Counted from the stretch's first letter, positions 17,263-27,381 are shown. The stretch: DNA of 64,000 nucleotides from Elusimicrobiota bacterium (GCA_043827405.1 JBDRPD010000053.1:130893-194892), one strand, 5' to 3'. Notes: generated by a model from the sequence alone, not told the origin. Numbers and translations are program-made.

Positions 17263-20200
17263 TTAGCCGTCGCCGCGGCGGACGCGCATGGTGCGCAGCG
17301 GCGCGCCGGCGAGGTCCTTGAGGACCCGGCGGCTGATGCCGCGATGGCTGATCTTGGCGTCCTTGAGCTCGACCAGCGCCCCCTCGACGATGTCCTCGAC
17401 GTTCCTGCCGTCGGCGCGCAGGGCAACCAAGGCCGCCAGGAGCGGCCGCAGGCTGGGGTTGTGGCCGCGCACTTCGACGTAAGCCCCCACGTAAATACTG
17501 CCGTCCTTGGTCCTCAGCGCCGCTCCCGCCGGGCTGTCCTTGGAGTAAGAACGGTTGGCGGCGCGGAAGGCCGCGTTGATCAGGTCGGCGCCGGCGCCGG
17601 AGGGCTTACGGATCATCGCCAAATTATTATCGCGCGCCGTCAGCAAAGAGCCGTCGTCGCCGTAGGGCATGGGGTAGAGCTCGGCCAGAGTCGCCGGCTT
17701 CTCCCGGCTTTCCACGATAATCTTCATGCTGCCGCGAGAGGCCAGCTCATTGAGAAAAGCCCGGCAATGCCCGCAGGGATTGGCCGTGACCGCGAGAGCC
17801 TTGAGCCCGGTCTCGCCATGCTCCAAAGCGTTGATGACCACCGCCTGCTCGGCGTGGATATTCACCTCGATGCCGCCGGCGTAGGATTCGATATTGCCGC
17901 CCAGGTAGACGGCGCCGCTCTCGCCCAAGCCCACGGCGCCCACCGAACGCCCGGATACCGACGGCATCGCCTTCTTGGCCGCGATGGGCCGCAAAGCGCT
18001 GATGAGCTCTTCCGGCGACACATCCAAAGCTTCCGTCAGCTCCGCCGCCTTCGCGGGGCTGAGATAAGAGGGATTGCCTTCCTCCTCAAGCCGCGCTGCC
18101 AGATCGGCCGTCAGGTAGGCCTCCGAGAGGATCAGCTTGTCGCGCGCCACCGATTGGCCGATCATGCCGGTGAACAGCTCGGCGAGCCCGGCATTCCTGC
18201 CATGCTCCGCCCAGTCCTCGGCGAGAAGCTCGGCGAAAGACTCGGCGAGGTTCGCCACCTCGTCCTTGCTCGTCATCTCGATGAAGTAGTCGGCGTGGTG
18301 GCGCAGGGGCATGATATGCTTCTTCTCGTTCTCCAGCACCCGCTCCCAGCCCTTGAGGTTGTCCTCGATGGAGCGGCCGCGCTCATACTTGTCGCGCTTG
18401 AGCCGGCGGGCGAGACGGGCGGCCGTCGGCGCCGACAGGAAGACGTTAAGGTTGGTATGTCCCACTCCGGCCTTGAGCAAGGTCTTGTGGGCGGCGAAGA
18501 TCGAATCGACGATGAGCACATCCTCCTTGCCCAGCTGCATATAGTCGCCGGTCTTGAATTCGGTGGTCATCTTTTCCATATTGCGGTAAGGCATTTCCAC
18601 CCGCCGGCCTTCGAGAAGCGCCTTGATATCGGCGGCGGCGCGGTCGAGATACAGCGCGTCCGGCCGGTCGAAATCGGGGCTGCCGTCGGCCAGCCGCGGC
18701 ACGTCGTTGGGATTCTTGAAATAGGAGTCCACCGGGAAGACCTTAATGCGCTCGCCCATGGTCTTGGCCAAACGCTTGGCCAAGGTGGATTTGCCGGCCG
18801 CCGTGGGCGCCTGCAGATAGATCAGGCTGCGGCCGGGGAGCGCCTCGGCCATGGTCACGAAATGATCCAGCCGCTGCTCCAGATCGCCGTCGGTGAACTT
18901 CGCATAATCGATGTCTTTAAAGATCCCGCTCACCGTCCGGCGCGCTTCCGGCAGATAGCGCGCCTTGCGGTACTTGATCAGCGCGCTCGCGGCGCGGGCG
19001 GCCAGCGGCGCGCCCGCCTTTTTGAGAAACGCGCCGACGCCTTCAACCGCGCGAATTCCGGGGCCGAGGACGGCATTGGTGGGGCCCGGGAAGTAGTACT
19101 GAGCGAGAACGGTCGAGGAGGCCGTGATAGCGACCACCGCATTAAGCACCCAGGACATGTCGCCGAGCATGACGGCGGCGTAAAGATGGAGGAGGCTGCC
19201 CAGCGCGACCAGCCCGGGCCATAGCGGGGAGAGCCCCTCAGGCCGGCGGCCGTCTTCCTTGTATAGGTGGTAGTAGCTCTTGATCTGCGGCCAGTTGATC
19301 AGCCAGCAGAGATAGAGCGCCGCGGTCAAAGCCAAAGACAGCCAGGAAGACAGCGGCATGAAGGCCTGCAGCGCGATAAAGGGCAGAGGCAGCAGCGCCG
19401 CCGCCATGGCCAGCCCGGTGGCGATAAGCACCTTCCTGCTGCGCTGGGCATTGTTGATCTGGCCGATAAGAAGGATGCTCTCAAGCACCCCCGCCAAGTT
19501 GGCGCCTATCCACCACGGGTTGGCGGCCTGGCCGATGGAAACGACCGAGAACATGACGGCGGCGGCGAACCAGATCAGCGGAGTGGCGACGGGCACGTCC
19601 ATCACGGCTTTGCGGCCCTCTTTAAAATTTTTATAAATCTGCGGAACGCCGATAACGCTCAGGACGATGCTGCCCGCCCCGGCGACCAGGCCGACATGCG
19701 CCGCCAGCGCCGGAAGGGCGGCGACGATTCCCGCGCCCGCCGCCAGCGCCGCGGCCCAGCGGACCGCCGGCTTCTGCCATAAGCGCGCCAGAGCCGAAGG
19801 CGCTTTGGCCTCGGCGGCGCTGAAATCCGCATTTTCTACCGCCGGCTTGTTCTGGTAATCATCAGCGGCTTGGCCTTGCGTCTTATGCAGGAGGACACGA
19901 GCGGCGCGGCCGCGGTGGAGCGCTCCGGCCTGGGCGGAAGTTTTGCTGCCGGCCGTGCCCTGCGTGGCGATCAGCTCGCTGCCGCGCAGCGCGGAGAAGA
20001 GCCTGTCCGCCGCCTCCTTCGAAACCTCGCCGCCGGCGGTCGCCTTAAATCCCTTGAGCTGGAGCGCCTTGCCGACGCGCCGGGTGATCGCCCGCAAGCC
20101 TTTGCCGCCGGCCTCATCTTTGGCCGCGACCGCGGCGGTCTCGGCGCTATTCTCGCCGGCGACGGTCCCGGTACGGACCAGCGGGATGACCCGGCCTGGG

Positions 20201-20523
20201 TGCCGGACATGGCCGGTCTCGACGGCAATCGTCCGCTGATGATCCGAGAGCGAAATGACCTTATTGCCGCCGCTAACCGCCGGCAGCGCGCCGACGTTCA
20301 CATTGGGCAGTACCGCGGAGAGCTTGTAGCCGTCGGCGGCGAAAACGGACGGATTGCTGAAATTGAGCGCCTGCACGACCGGGACCGGCGCGGCCTGGAC
20401 CGGCGAGGTCTTGACCTGCACCTGAGCCTGGACGACGACCCCGGCGATCGCCTCGCATGGCGCGCCGAAAAAGGTCCAGCCGAATTGCAGCAGGGCCAGG
20501 AGTCCGGCGAGCGACCGTTTCAT
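17263..20523 (-). CDS. multidomain fusion: PQ-loop/SWEET-like transporter + uridine kinase + homodimeric-type cytidine deaminase
   Basis: VPQIYKN and WPQIKSY PQ motifs within a multi-TM block; APTAAGKST, VDSYF, DFDRPDAL and RRLKRD..ERG (uridine kinase); HAEQ...PCGHCR plus a second HNPSL.PL half (Cdd). Alternative starts at 20529 and 20553. Confidence 0.88.
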   Translation of the reverse strand: MKRSLAGLLALLQFGWTFFGAPCEAIAGVVVQAQVQVKTSPVQAAPVPVVQALNFSNPSVFAADGYKLSAVLPNVNVGALPAVSGGNKVISLSDHQRTIAVETGHVRHPGRVIPLVRTGTVAGENSAETAAVAAKDEAGGKGLRAITRRVGKALQLKGFKATAGGEVSKEAADRLFSALRGSELIATQGTAGSKTSAQAGALHRGRAARVLLHKTQGQAADDYQNKPAVENADFSAAEAKAPSALARLWQKPAVRWAAALAAGAGIVAALPALAAHVGLVAGAGSIVLSVIGVPQIYKNFKEGRKAVMDVPVATPLIWFAAAVMFSVVSIGQAANPWWIGANLAGVLESILLIGQINNAQRSRKVLIATGLAMAAALLPLPFIALQAFMPLSSWLSLALTAALYLCWLINWPQIKSYYHLYKEDGRRPEGLSPLWPGLVALGSLLHLYAAVMLGDMSWVLNAVVAITASSTVLAQYYFPGPTNAVLGPGIRAVEGVGAFLKKAGAPLAARAASALIKYRKARYLPEARRTVSGIFKDIDYAKFTDGDLEQRLDHFVTMAEALPGRSLIYLQAPTAAGKSTLAKRLAKTMGERIKVFPVDSYFKNPNDVPRLADGSPDFDRPDALYLDRAAADIKALLEGRRVEMPYRNMEKMTTEFKTGDYMQLGKEDVLIVDSIFAAHKTLLKAGVGHTNLNVFLSAPTAARLARRLKRDKYERGRSIEDNLKGWERVLENEKKHIMPLRHHADYFIEMTSKDEVANLAESFAELLAEDWAEHGRNAGLAELFTGMIGQSVARDKLILSEAYLTADLAARLEEEGNPSYLSPAKAAELTEALDVSPEELISALRPIAAKKAMPSVSGRSVGAVGLGESGAVYLGGNIESYAGGIEVNIHAEQAVVINALEHGETGLKALAVTANPCGHCRAFLNELASRGSMKIIVESREKPATLAELYPMPYGDDGSLLTARDNNLAMIRKPSGAGADLINAAFRAANRSYSKDSPAGAALRTKDGSIYVGAYVEVRGHNPSLRPLLAALVALRADGRNVEDIVEGALVELKDAKISHRGISRRVLKDLAGAPLRTMRVRRGDG

Positions 20524-20565
20524 CCTCATCCTTATAAATATAGTGCGCTTCACGGCCGGCGGCAG

Positions 20566-20625
20566 GTGTCATCTGGGGCAGATTTCGCCGGCCAAACGCA
20601 CTACTTATTGCGGGCCCAAGGGCCT
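20566..20625. promoter_or_regulatory. GGGNC-N4-GNCCC-like sites with 23-bp period
   Basis: gggcccaagggcct (20612), degenerate cggccaaacgcact (20589) and gtgtcatctggggc (20566), upstream of the fusion gene. Confidence 0.4.
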
Positions 20626-22108
20626 ATTGGGCTCGATCGATGAGCCGGGGCAGCTCTTCTTCGAGGCGCGCGGAGGCTTCTTCGCGGTCGGCGCCGACGG
20701 CGATCACGTCGAACTTGCCGAAATCGAGCAGGCAGCCGACGTTGTAGAAGATATAGTGCCCCTGGCCGCTGCGCACGTCGTAAGCCGACGCGCCGAAGAT
20801 CTTGAGAAAATCAGCGAAGCGGATGCCTTTGAGACGGGAGTCCACATAGTCGCGGGCCCGGTAGCAGGGCAGCCGGCCCCGGCCGAAGACGCGCTCGCAC
20901 AAAGCCATCGGTATCGAGGTCCCGCCCCAGCGGCCGTTGCATTCGACGAACATCGGCTTGGCGCTCGGGATATCCTCGCCGCAGAGCAGGAAATCGAAGG
21001 AGCAGCGCCCGACATAGCCGAGCGCCTGCCATACCCGGGCGACCTCGCGGCTCATATCCGCCATTTTTCGCTGCAATTTCTCGGGCAGCGCCGAGGGCAT
21101 GCTGCCCTGAAAGACCCCGGCCTTGCCGGTCAAAATCTGCTCATAGACCCCATCCACGCGGGGCGGTCCTTCCTCGGCCGGCGGGACCCACAGCTGAGTG
21201 GAGGGCGACTGCAGCACATCGCTGCGCCATTGGGTGAGCAGAATCTCCACCCGCCCATCCCAGGCATGGTTCTTGGCGAACACCGCGATGCGCGAGGCGG
21301 TCTCATCGACCGTCCCGGCGCCCAGCTTCTTGGCGTTGAATACCTGATTGCCCATTCCGGAAGCATAGTTGGCGACCTTGAGCGCGACCGCAGGGAAGCG
21401 GCCGGCGAAGTCCTGCGCCGCGCGCGCCAGCGGCTGCAGATCATTGGAAGAAACCGTCCGGCATACCGATTCCGGACCGAGAACCACCGTGGCCGCCTGA
21501 GTGAGCAGGCCCTTGTGGTTGGCGGCATAGGTCGCGGGCGGAAACGGAGCCAGCACCCGCACTTTCGTCTTGACGCGCTCCCTGAGCTCGAGCGCCAGCT
21601 CCCAGACCGCGCGCGAACCCATATAGGGATGGACCAGCAGCCCTCCGTTCTCATCGGCAAGACGCACCAGTCCCCGCATGATCAGCGGATCTTTCAGGCA
21701 GGTTCCGGCGACGCACAGCGGATCGGCGCCGGGCACCGCGGCCCGCAGATAGGCCGGCTCGCCGATACCCAGCATATCCTTGTTGTACGACTCGTAGCCG
21801 TCGATCGGACGCTGCGTCGAGACGCAGACATCGCCGTCGCCGGCCCGGGTTCGGGAGCGGAGCTGATACCATTCGACGCCCTGCACCCCGTCGAGAAATG
21901 GGATGTCGCTGAAGTCCTCCAGCACCAGCGCCGGCAGCTTCCCGTTGCCGCCCCGCGCCTGCAGGCCGCGCCAGGGAGCGGGGTCCTCGCCGGCACGGGG
22001 ATGCTCGCGCAGCAGGGCCGCCGCGCGCTCAACGGCGCGCCGGCTTTCCTCGTCGTTTCTCTGGTTTTCTGCGCGCACAACCTGCAAAGAATAGCGCACT
22101 ATTTGCAT
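20624..22108 (-). CDS. ATP-grasp protein (preATP-grasp / PGM1-like peptide ligase family)
   Basis: HPYMG..AVWELA, ANHKG, LK....ASGMGN, SPSTQL, EQIL, GRCSFDFL and VECNGRWGGTS motifs. Confidence 0.75.
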   Translation of the reverse strand: MQIVRYSLQVVRAENQRNDEESRRAVERAAALLREHPRAGEDPAPWRGLQARGGNGKLPALVLEDFSDIPFLDGVQGVEWYQLRSRTRAGDGDVCVSTQRPIDGYESYNKDMLGIGEPAYLRAAVPGADPLCVAGTCLKDPLIMRGLVRLADENGGLLVHPYMGSRAVWELALELRERVKTKVRVLAPFPPATYAANHKGLLTQAATVVLGPESVCRTVSSNDLQPLARAAQDFAGRFPAVALKVANYASGMGNQVFNAKKLGAGTVDETASRIAVFAKNHAWDGRVEILLTQWRSDVLQSPSTQLWVPPAEEGPPRVDGVYEQILTGKAGVFQGSMPSALPEKLQRKMADMSREVARVWQALGYVGRCSFDFLLCGEDIPSAKPMFVECNGRWGGTSIPMALCERVFGRGRLPCYRARDYVDSRLKGIRFADFLKIFGASAYDVRSGQGHYIFYNVGCLLDFGKFDVIAVGADREEASARLEEELPRLIDRAQ

Positions 22109-22164
22109 ATGGCGCCAGGGTTTTTTGCTTGACTCATTTACTGAATGGCATAATACCTTCCGTC

Positions 22165-24795
22165 GTGAAGCGCCATCCATTAACCGGAAAATATTTCACC
22201 CCCGCCCTGGCGGTGCTGCTGCTCGCGGCCTGCGCCCGGACGGAAGGCCCCGGTCACGCTTATCAAAAAGCCGCCGCCCGGCAGCAGAAGTACTTCTACC
22301 TCGATCCGCTGACCCCGTTGTTCAGCCGGGAGCGCGGGCCGGACGGCTCCTGGTTTTTCACCGCGCGCCGCGCCATGAGCCCGCCGCACCCGCGTTTCTC
22401 CGCGCGCAAGCCCCCGGGCGTCAAAAGGGTCTTTGTTCTCGGCGGCTCGGTCGTCCAGCTCTTCGATGAAGAAGCGCTCAAGGCGGCGCTGGAAGCGGCC
22501 GGCCCCGGCGAGCGCTACGAGATCATCGACTGCGGCCTGAGCGCCTACGACAGCCGCCGCGACGCGCTCATCCTGCGCGAAGTCCTCAACTACCAGCCGG
22601 ACCTCATCGTGCTCATGAGCGGCGTCAACGAGGGTGAGCGCATCGGTCCCGCCGTCCCGCACCGCGGCCGGTGGCTGCTGCGCATGACCCTGCGCGGGCT
22701 GCTGCTGCGGCATCCCGTCCTGGCCTACCGGCTGGCGCGCTCCGCCGTCGAACCCACGCCGCCGCCCGCCCGCATCGCCGCCGACTTCGCAGCCAACGTA
22801 CGCTCCATGATACGGCGCGCCAAGGCGCGCAAGGTTCCTATCGTCCTCACCGCCCTGCCCTGGAACCTGCGCGATATGCCGCCGCGCGGCGCCCTCCCGC
22901 TCAAGGACCGGCGCTTCTTCGACGCCTGGCTCGCCTTCGAAGAAGAAGACTACGCTGCGGCGGAGAAGCTGTTCCGCCAAGCCCTGCCGGCCTTCGCCAA
23001 GGACCCGGCGCTGAGCAAAGAGCTTATCTTCGCCAAATACTATCTGGCGCGCGCGCTCGACAAGCGCGGCCGGCATGCCGCGGCCCGGGACGCCTATCAG
23101 GCGGCGCTGGAGCTCGCCGTCCCGCCTATGCCGGCGATCAATCGCGCGCTCAAGCGCCTGAGCGATGAGGAGGACGTCCCCCTCGCCGACCTCGCGGAGG
23201 CCTTTGCCCGCGTCAGCCCGCACGGCCTCACCGGCTCGGACCTGTTCGAAGACGACATGCACTGGGACCGCTTCCTCGATCCGCTCGTCGCCGAAGTCAT
23301 CGTCCGGGCCCTGCGCCCGGAGCGCCCATATCCGGATTTCATGCGCTACCGCGCGCTGGCCAAGAAAGCCGCCGCCCGCAACGAGAAAGCCTGGATCGTC
23401 TTCCGCTTCCGGGCCTGGGGAGCGGGCTTGGGCGGCGGCGGACTTTCGGAGCGGATCGTGGCGCTGATGGACGTGGTCCATGCCGCGCATCCCGAGCTCC
23501 TGGCGAATATTCTCGAGCTCAAGCAGTGGCTGCGCGGAAAGCTGGCGGGCAATATCTGGGACAGCGAGGCGGCCGCCAATCTGGACTCGTGGTGGCCGGT
23601 CATGCTCGGCCATATCGGTGAGTCCTATCTCCGGCGGGGGCAAAGCCTGCGCGCGCTGGGATATTTCGCCGAGGCCCTGCGTCTCAATCCGAAGCTGACC
23701 GCTGTTCGCCTGCGGCGCGCCGCGGCGCTGGCCCGCTCAGGTCGCAAAAAAGAGGCCGCGCTGGCGCTGGACCTGCTCGCCCGCGAGCACGGCGATATGC
23801 CGGAGATCGGCTACTACCGCGCCGCCCTGCCGGGCATCAAGACGCGCAAGGGAAAGCCCGCCGCCAAGCCGTCCGCAAAGATGCCCGCCTTGGCGCTCGA
23901 AGGCAGCCGTTTTCTCGGCGCCCACCAGCAGCTGATGGCCGACGCCTCCGGCGCCGCCCGGCAGGGCGACGACGCGCGGGCCCTCGACCTGCTCCAGCGG
24001 CTGGAAAAGATGGAGCCGGCCGCGGAGCTGCGCCTGGAGATGGCGCGTCTCTACCTGAACCTGCGCCAAGGCGACGCGGCACGGCATGCGGTCGACCGCG
24101 CGATGTCCTCTCCCCTGGATTACGAGCGGACCATCCGCGCCGCCCGCCTTTACGGAGACATGAAGGAACATGTGCGCGCCGCGGCCGCCTGGAAGCGGGC
24201 CGCCGAGTCGGCTCCCGCCGACGCCGAACCATGGTTCCAGCAGGCCCGTCATCTGGAAGAAGCGCGCGTCTTTATAGAGCTCCCGGCGGTGCTCGAACGA
24301 GCGGCGGTTCTGGCCAAGCAGCCGCAGCGCCGCCTGCGCGCCGCCGAAAAGCTCGCCGACCTGGGCAAGGAGGAGCTCGCTCTCAAGTTCGCCGATCAGG
24401 TGCGCGACGCGGCGCCCGAAGCCGATCTCCGCATGCGGGTCGGCTGGCTGTATCAGCGCCTGCGGAAATATCCGCGCTGCGTTTCCGTATTCTCCCGCCT
24501 CACCCGGAATCCCAAATTCGCCGCCGCGGCGCGGCGCGACAAGGGCGTCTGCGAGTACCTCAACGGCGCTCCCGAGCAAGCCGTCAAGGACCTCGAGGCC
24601 GCGCTCGCGCTCGAGCCCGAACTCCTGTCCGCCTACCTCAGCGCGGGCACTATTCTCGAATCGCTCAAGCGTCCGCAGGACGCTTTGGACCTCTATGAGC
24701 GGGGGCTTAAAATCCCGGCCAAGAAGGACCATGAGGAACTGCGCCGCAAGCTCACCGAAAGCCGCGACCGCGTACGAGGCGCGTCAATTCGCTAA
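22165..24795 (+). CDS. lipoprotein with SGNH/GDSL-like domain and TPR repeats
   Basis: Lipobox LLLAAC; RVFVLGGS, PDLIVLMSGVNE and FEDDMHW; multiple TPR-like helices. GTG start at 22165 is inferred. Confidence 0.75.
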   Translation: MKRHPLTGKYFTPALAVLLLAACARTEGPGHAYQKAAARQQKYFYLDPLTPLFSRERGPDGSWFFTARRAMSPPHPRFSARKPPGVKRVFVLGGSVVQLFDEEALKAALEAAGPGERYEIIDCGLSAYDSRRDALILREVLNYQPDLIVLMSGVNEGERIGPAVPHRGRWLLRMTLRGLLLRHPVLAYRLARSAVEPTPPPARIAADFAANVRSMIRRAKARKVPIVLTALPWNLRDMPPRGALPLKDRRFFDAWLAFEEEDYAAAEKLFRQALPAFAKDPALSKELIFAKYYLARALDKRGRHAAARDAYQAALELAVPPMPAINRALKRLSDEEDVPLADLAEAFARVSPHGLTGSDLFEDDMHWDRFLDPLVAEVIVRALRPERPYPDFMRYRALAKKAAARNEKAWIVFRFRAWGAGLGGGGLSERIVALMDVVHAAHPELLANILELKQWLRGKLAGNIWDSEAAANLDSWWPVMLGHIGESYLRRGQSLRALGYFAEALRLNPKLTAVRLRRAAALARSGRKKEAALALDLLAREHGDMPEIGYYRAALPGIKTRKGKPAAKPSAKMPALALEGSRFLGAHQQLMADASGAARQGDDARALDLLQRLEKMEPAAELRLEMARLYLNLRQGDAARHAVDRAMSSPLDYERTIRAARLYGDMKEHVRAAAAWKRAAESAPADAEPWFQQARHLEEARVFIELPAVLERAAVLAKQPQRRLRAAEKLADLGKEELALKFADQVRDAAPEADLRMRVGWLYQRLRKYPRCVSVFSRLTRNPKFAAAARRDKGVCEYLNGAPEQAVKDLEAALALEPELLSAYLSAGTILESLKRPQDALDLYERGLKIPAKKDHEELRRKLTESRDRVRGASIR

Positions 24796-24804
24796 AATAC
24801 CCGC

Positions 24805-25746
24805 ATGCGCATCCTGCTCACCGGCGGCACCGGCTTCATCGGCCGGCACGTGCTCCCCAAGCTCGGCGGCCATACAGTCCTGCTGCTGACGCGCAGCAAG
24901 GCGCGGGCGCCGGGCGGCGTCCAGGTCCTCGAGGGCGACCTCGCCGACCTCGCCGGCCTGCAGGGGCCGATCAAGGAATTCGCCCCCGAATGCTGCGTCC
25001 ACCTCGCCTGGGAGGGGCGGCCCGACTACTCGCAGGAGCAATGCAATAAAAACCGCATGCTCTCGACCCAGCTCTTCAACCTGCTGGTCGACGAAACCAA
25101 GTGCGCCCGCATCGTCGCCGCCGGCACCCGCAGCGAGTACGCCGCGCTGCGCGGCGCGCTCAAGGAGGACGACCCCGTCGACAGCCCCGGCGACCTGGCG
25201 CTGGCCAAGAAGCAGCTCTTCAACTGCGGCATGGCGCTGGCCAACACCTGCGACATCCAGTTCTACTGGCTGCGCCTGTTCTCGGTCTACGGGCCCGGCC
25301 AGCGCCCCGACTGCCTGCTCCCCACCCTCGCCATGCGTTTTCAGGAGGAGCGCATCCGCCGGCTCACCCCGACCACGAAGCACCACTTTGACGCCGACGT
25401 GAAGTACGAGGTCCTGACCCCGGCCAACGCCCACGACTTCATCCACGTCGACGACGCCGCCGCCGCGATCGCCGCGGCGGTGACGGCGAACGCCCCGAGC
25501 GGCGCCTACAACGTGGGGACCGGCTGCGCGGTCAAGGTCGCCAAGGTCTGCGGCCTGATGGAGAAGAAGCTGGCCGGCCGCCGCGACTATACCCGGACTC
25601 TCAAGAGCCGACCGCGCAAGAACTCGGAAGGCGCCTGGGCCGACCTGACCAAGACGCGGACGGCGCTGGGATGGGAACCCAAGTACGATATCGCCGTCGG
25701 CATCGACCGCTGCCTGCGCGCCGACCGCTTCGGCCAGACCATCTAG
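24805..25746 (+). CDS. NAD-dependent epimerase/dehydratase (extended SDR)
   Basis: ILLTGGTGFIG, VHLAW, LRLFSVYGPGQ, DFIHVDD, YNVGTG and LGWEPKY motifs. Confidence 0.88.
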   Translation: MRILLTGGTGFIGRHVLPKLGGHTVLLLTRSKARAPGGVQVLEGDLADLAGLQGPIKEFAPECCVHLAWEGRPDYSQEQCNKNRMLSTQLFNLLVDETKCARIVAAGTRSEYAALRGALKEDDPVDSPGDLALAKKQLFNCGMALANTCDIQFYWLRLFSVYGPGQRPDCLLPTLAMRFQEERIRRLTPTTKHHFDADVKYEVLTPANAHDFIHVDDAAAAIAAAVTANAPSGAYNVGTGCAVKVAKVCGLMEKKLAGRRDYTRTLKSRPRKNSEGAWADLTKTRTALGWEPKYDIAVGIDRCLRADRFGQTI

Positions 25747-26474
25747 CCGCCGCTAGGCTGATTTGCGTCTTTTTTGATTCTACCGAGCGAGCGCGCGGCT
25801 GCCGAGCGAACGTCCTGATTCTCGTCAGATAGGTGCTTCTTCAGCTCGGGGACAGCACTCGATGCCGCCGCCCCATAATATCCCAGGAGTCGGATGAGGC
25901 GCCGGCGCCCTCTTAAGCCGGATTTTTGCAACGCGGCAGTCACGACCGGCAGCGCTTCCTGCGCCGTCGGGCCGGGCCCCATACGGGTCAGGATAAACGA
26001 GCCGGATTCTTCGGGATCAGTCAGCATGTACGAAGCTCTCTCGCTCACCTCCGGCCAGTCGCTCTGCATGGCCTCCACGAGCCGCTCCACCGACCACGAG
26101 GGCTTGGGGGCCATGGAAATACCGTAGCCGAGCAGCAGGAGATATGAAGCGAATGCGGTTAAAATTGAATAGATAAAAAATCGTTTCGCCCGCGCCGATG
26201 CCGCCCAGCCCTTAGGATCTAAAAAAACAACAGGCAGTAGGAACAAGCCGTAGAACATGGCCAGCTCCAGGCACTCGCCCGGCCTGATCGAAGCGTCGTA
26301 AAAATAGAGCGTGCCGAGATACCATCCGGCGGGGAGCGCCAGGACTGCCGTCTTCATCCACAGACGCCGCGCATGGAGTTTCGCCAGGTGCAAAGCCGCG
26401 AGCCCCGCTATCCCCGCGAACACGAGGACCAGCGGCGGCAGCAGCATAAGCGGAAAATCATGAAACAGCGGCAT
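25743..26474 (-). CDS. membrane protein with C-terminal HEAT repeats
   Basis: About 4 TM segments, then AVPELKKHLSDENQDVRSAAARSLGRI. Confidence 0.7.
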   Translation of the reverse strand: MPLFHDFPLMLLPPLVLVFAGIAGLAALHLAKLHARRLWMKTAVLALPAGWYLGTLYFYDASIRPGECLELAMFYGLFLLPVVFLDPKGWAASARAKRFFIYSILTAFASYLLLLGYGISMAPKPSWSVERLVEAMQSDWPEVSERASYMLTDPEESGSFILTRMGPGPTAQEALPVVTAALQKSGLRGRRRLIRLLGYYGAAASSAVPELKKHLSDENQDVRSAAARSLGRIKKDANQPSGG

Positions 26475-26476
26475 GC

Positions 26477-26707
26477 CTATTCGACCATAGAGGTGCCGGG
26501 GTTAAACCAAATATCGGTGAAGACCCACGTCGCCGCGCTGACGATCAGCAGACAGAGCGGGATTACCCAGCACAGCCTGCCGGCGCGGTTAAGGAGCCCC
26601 CTTCCGCCCTCGCCGGAAGCGAGATAGAAGTACCCCCCCGTCGAGCATGCGCTGAGAAAGAAGAACAAAAAGTATGGGATAAGAGTAAAGACCGTATAAA
26701 TTCTCAT
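26477..26707 (-). CDS. small hypothetical membrane protein
   Basis: Two hydrophobic segments; ATGA overlap with the upstream gene. Confidence 0.55.
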   Translation of the reverse strand: MRIYTVFTLIPYFLFFFLSACSTGGYFYLASGEGGRGLLNRAGRLCWVIPLCLLIVSAATWVFTDIWFNPGTSMVE

Positions 26708-27381
26708 GCCCGCACCTTCCGGTCCATCCAAGAAATCGCCCGCTTAAGCGGCAGAAGCGCCAGCAGAGATGAGAGGACCAGCGCGCTAAACACAGGAAAC
26801 GGCTCATCGGGCGGCAGACACGCGCACTCGAGCATCTTCCCGAACGCGCTGCCGAATTTAAACGCCGGGAACACCATAACCGCGAGAACGATCCCCGGCC
26901 AGGCGTGCCGAAGTCCCCGCGCTTTCCGGCTCAGATAATACCCCCCAATGCTCAGGACCGGCAAGATGAGTCCCGCCGAGCGATAAAATCGCGTCAAGGA
27001 TTCCGGCTGCCCTTCAACAGATGTCATGGTGAGCAAAAGCGGCGAACCGATCTCGATAAACTGCGCGCCCCCCACATCCCTCACTATCATGATCGACAGG
27101 AACGAATACCACGCCAGCAAAGGGAGCAAGAACAGAGCGGACAGGCGCGACAGGACGAAATGGTGGTGCCGCGCCGCGGCATCATCATCGTGATAGGTAC
27201 GCAAAGAACGGTATCCGAACACCGCCAGCCAAATCCACTGCATGAAGCATAGAGACAGCGCATAGTATTCCGCATAAGGGATGTGCAGGAAGGAAAAAAC
27301 CATAAGCGCCAGCGTGACCAGGGCGAGGCCGACGGAATCCGCGGCGACATACAGCCGGCGTTCGATCAAGCCGCCGTTCAC
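26704..27381 (-). CDS. hypothetical multi-pass membrane protein
   Basis: About 6 hydrophobic segments; 4-bp overlaps with both neighbours. Confidence 0.65.
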   Translation of the reverse strand: MNGGLIERRLYVAADSVGLALVTLALMVFSFLHIPYAEYYALSLCFMQWIWLAVFGYRSLRTYHDDDAAARHHHFVLSRLSALFLLPLLAWYSFLSIMIVRDVGGAQFIEIGSPLLLTMTSVEGQPESLTRFYRSAGLILPVLSIGGYYLSRKARGLRHAWPGIVLAVMVFPAFKFGSAFGKMLECACLPPDEPFPVFSALVLSSLLALLPLKRAISWMDRKVRA

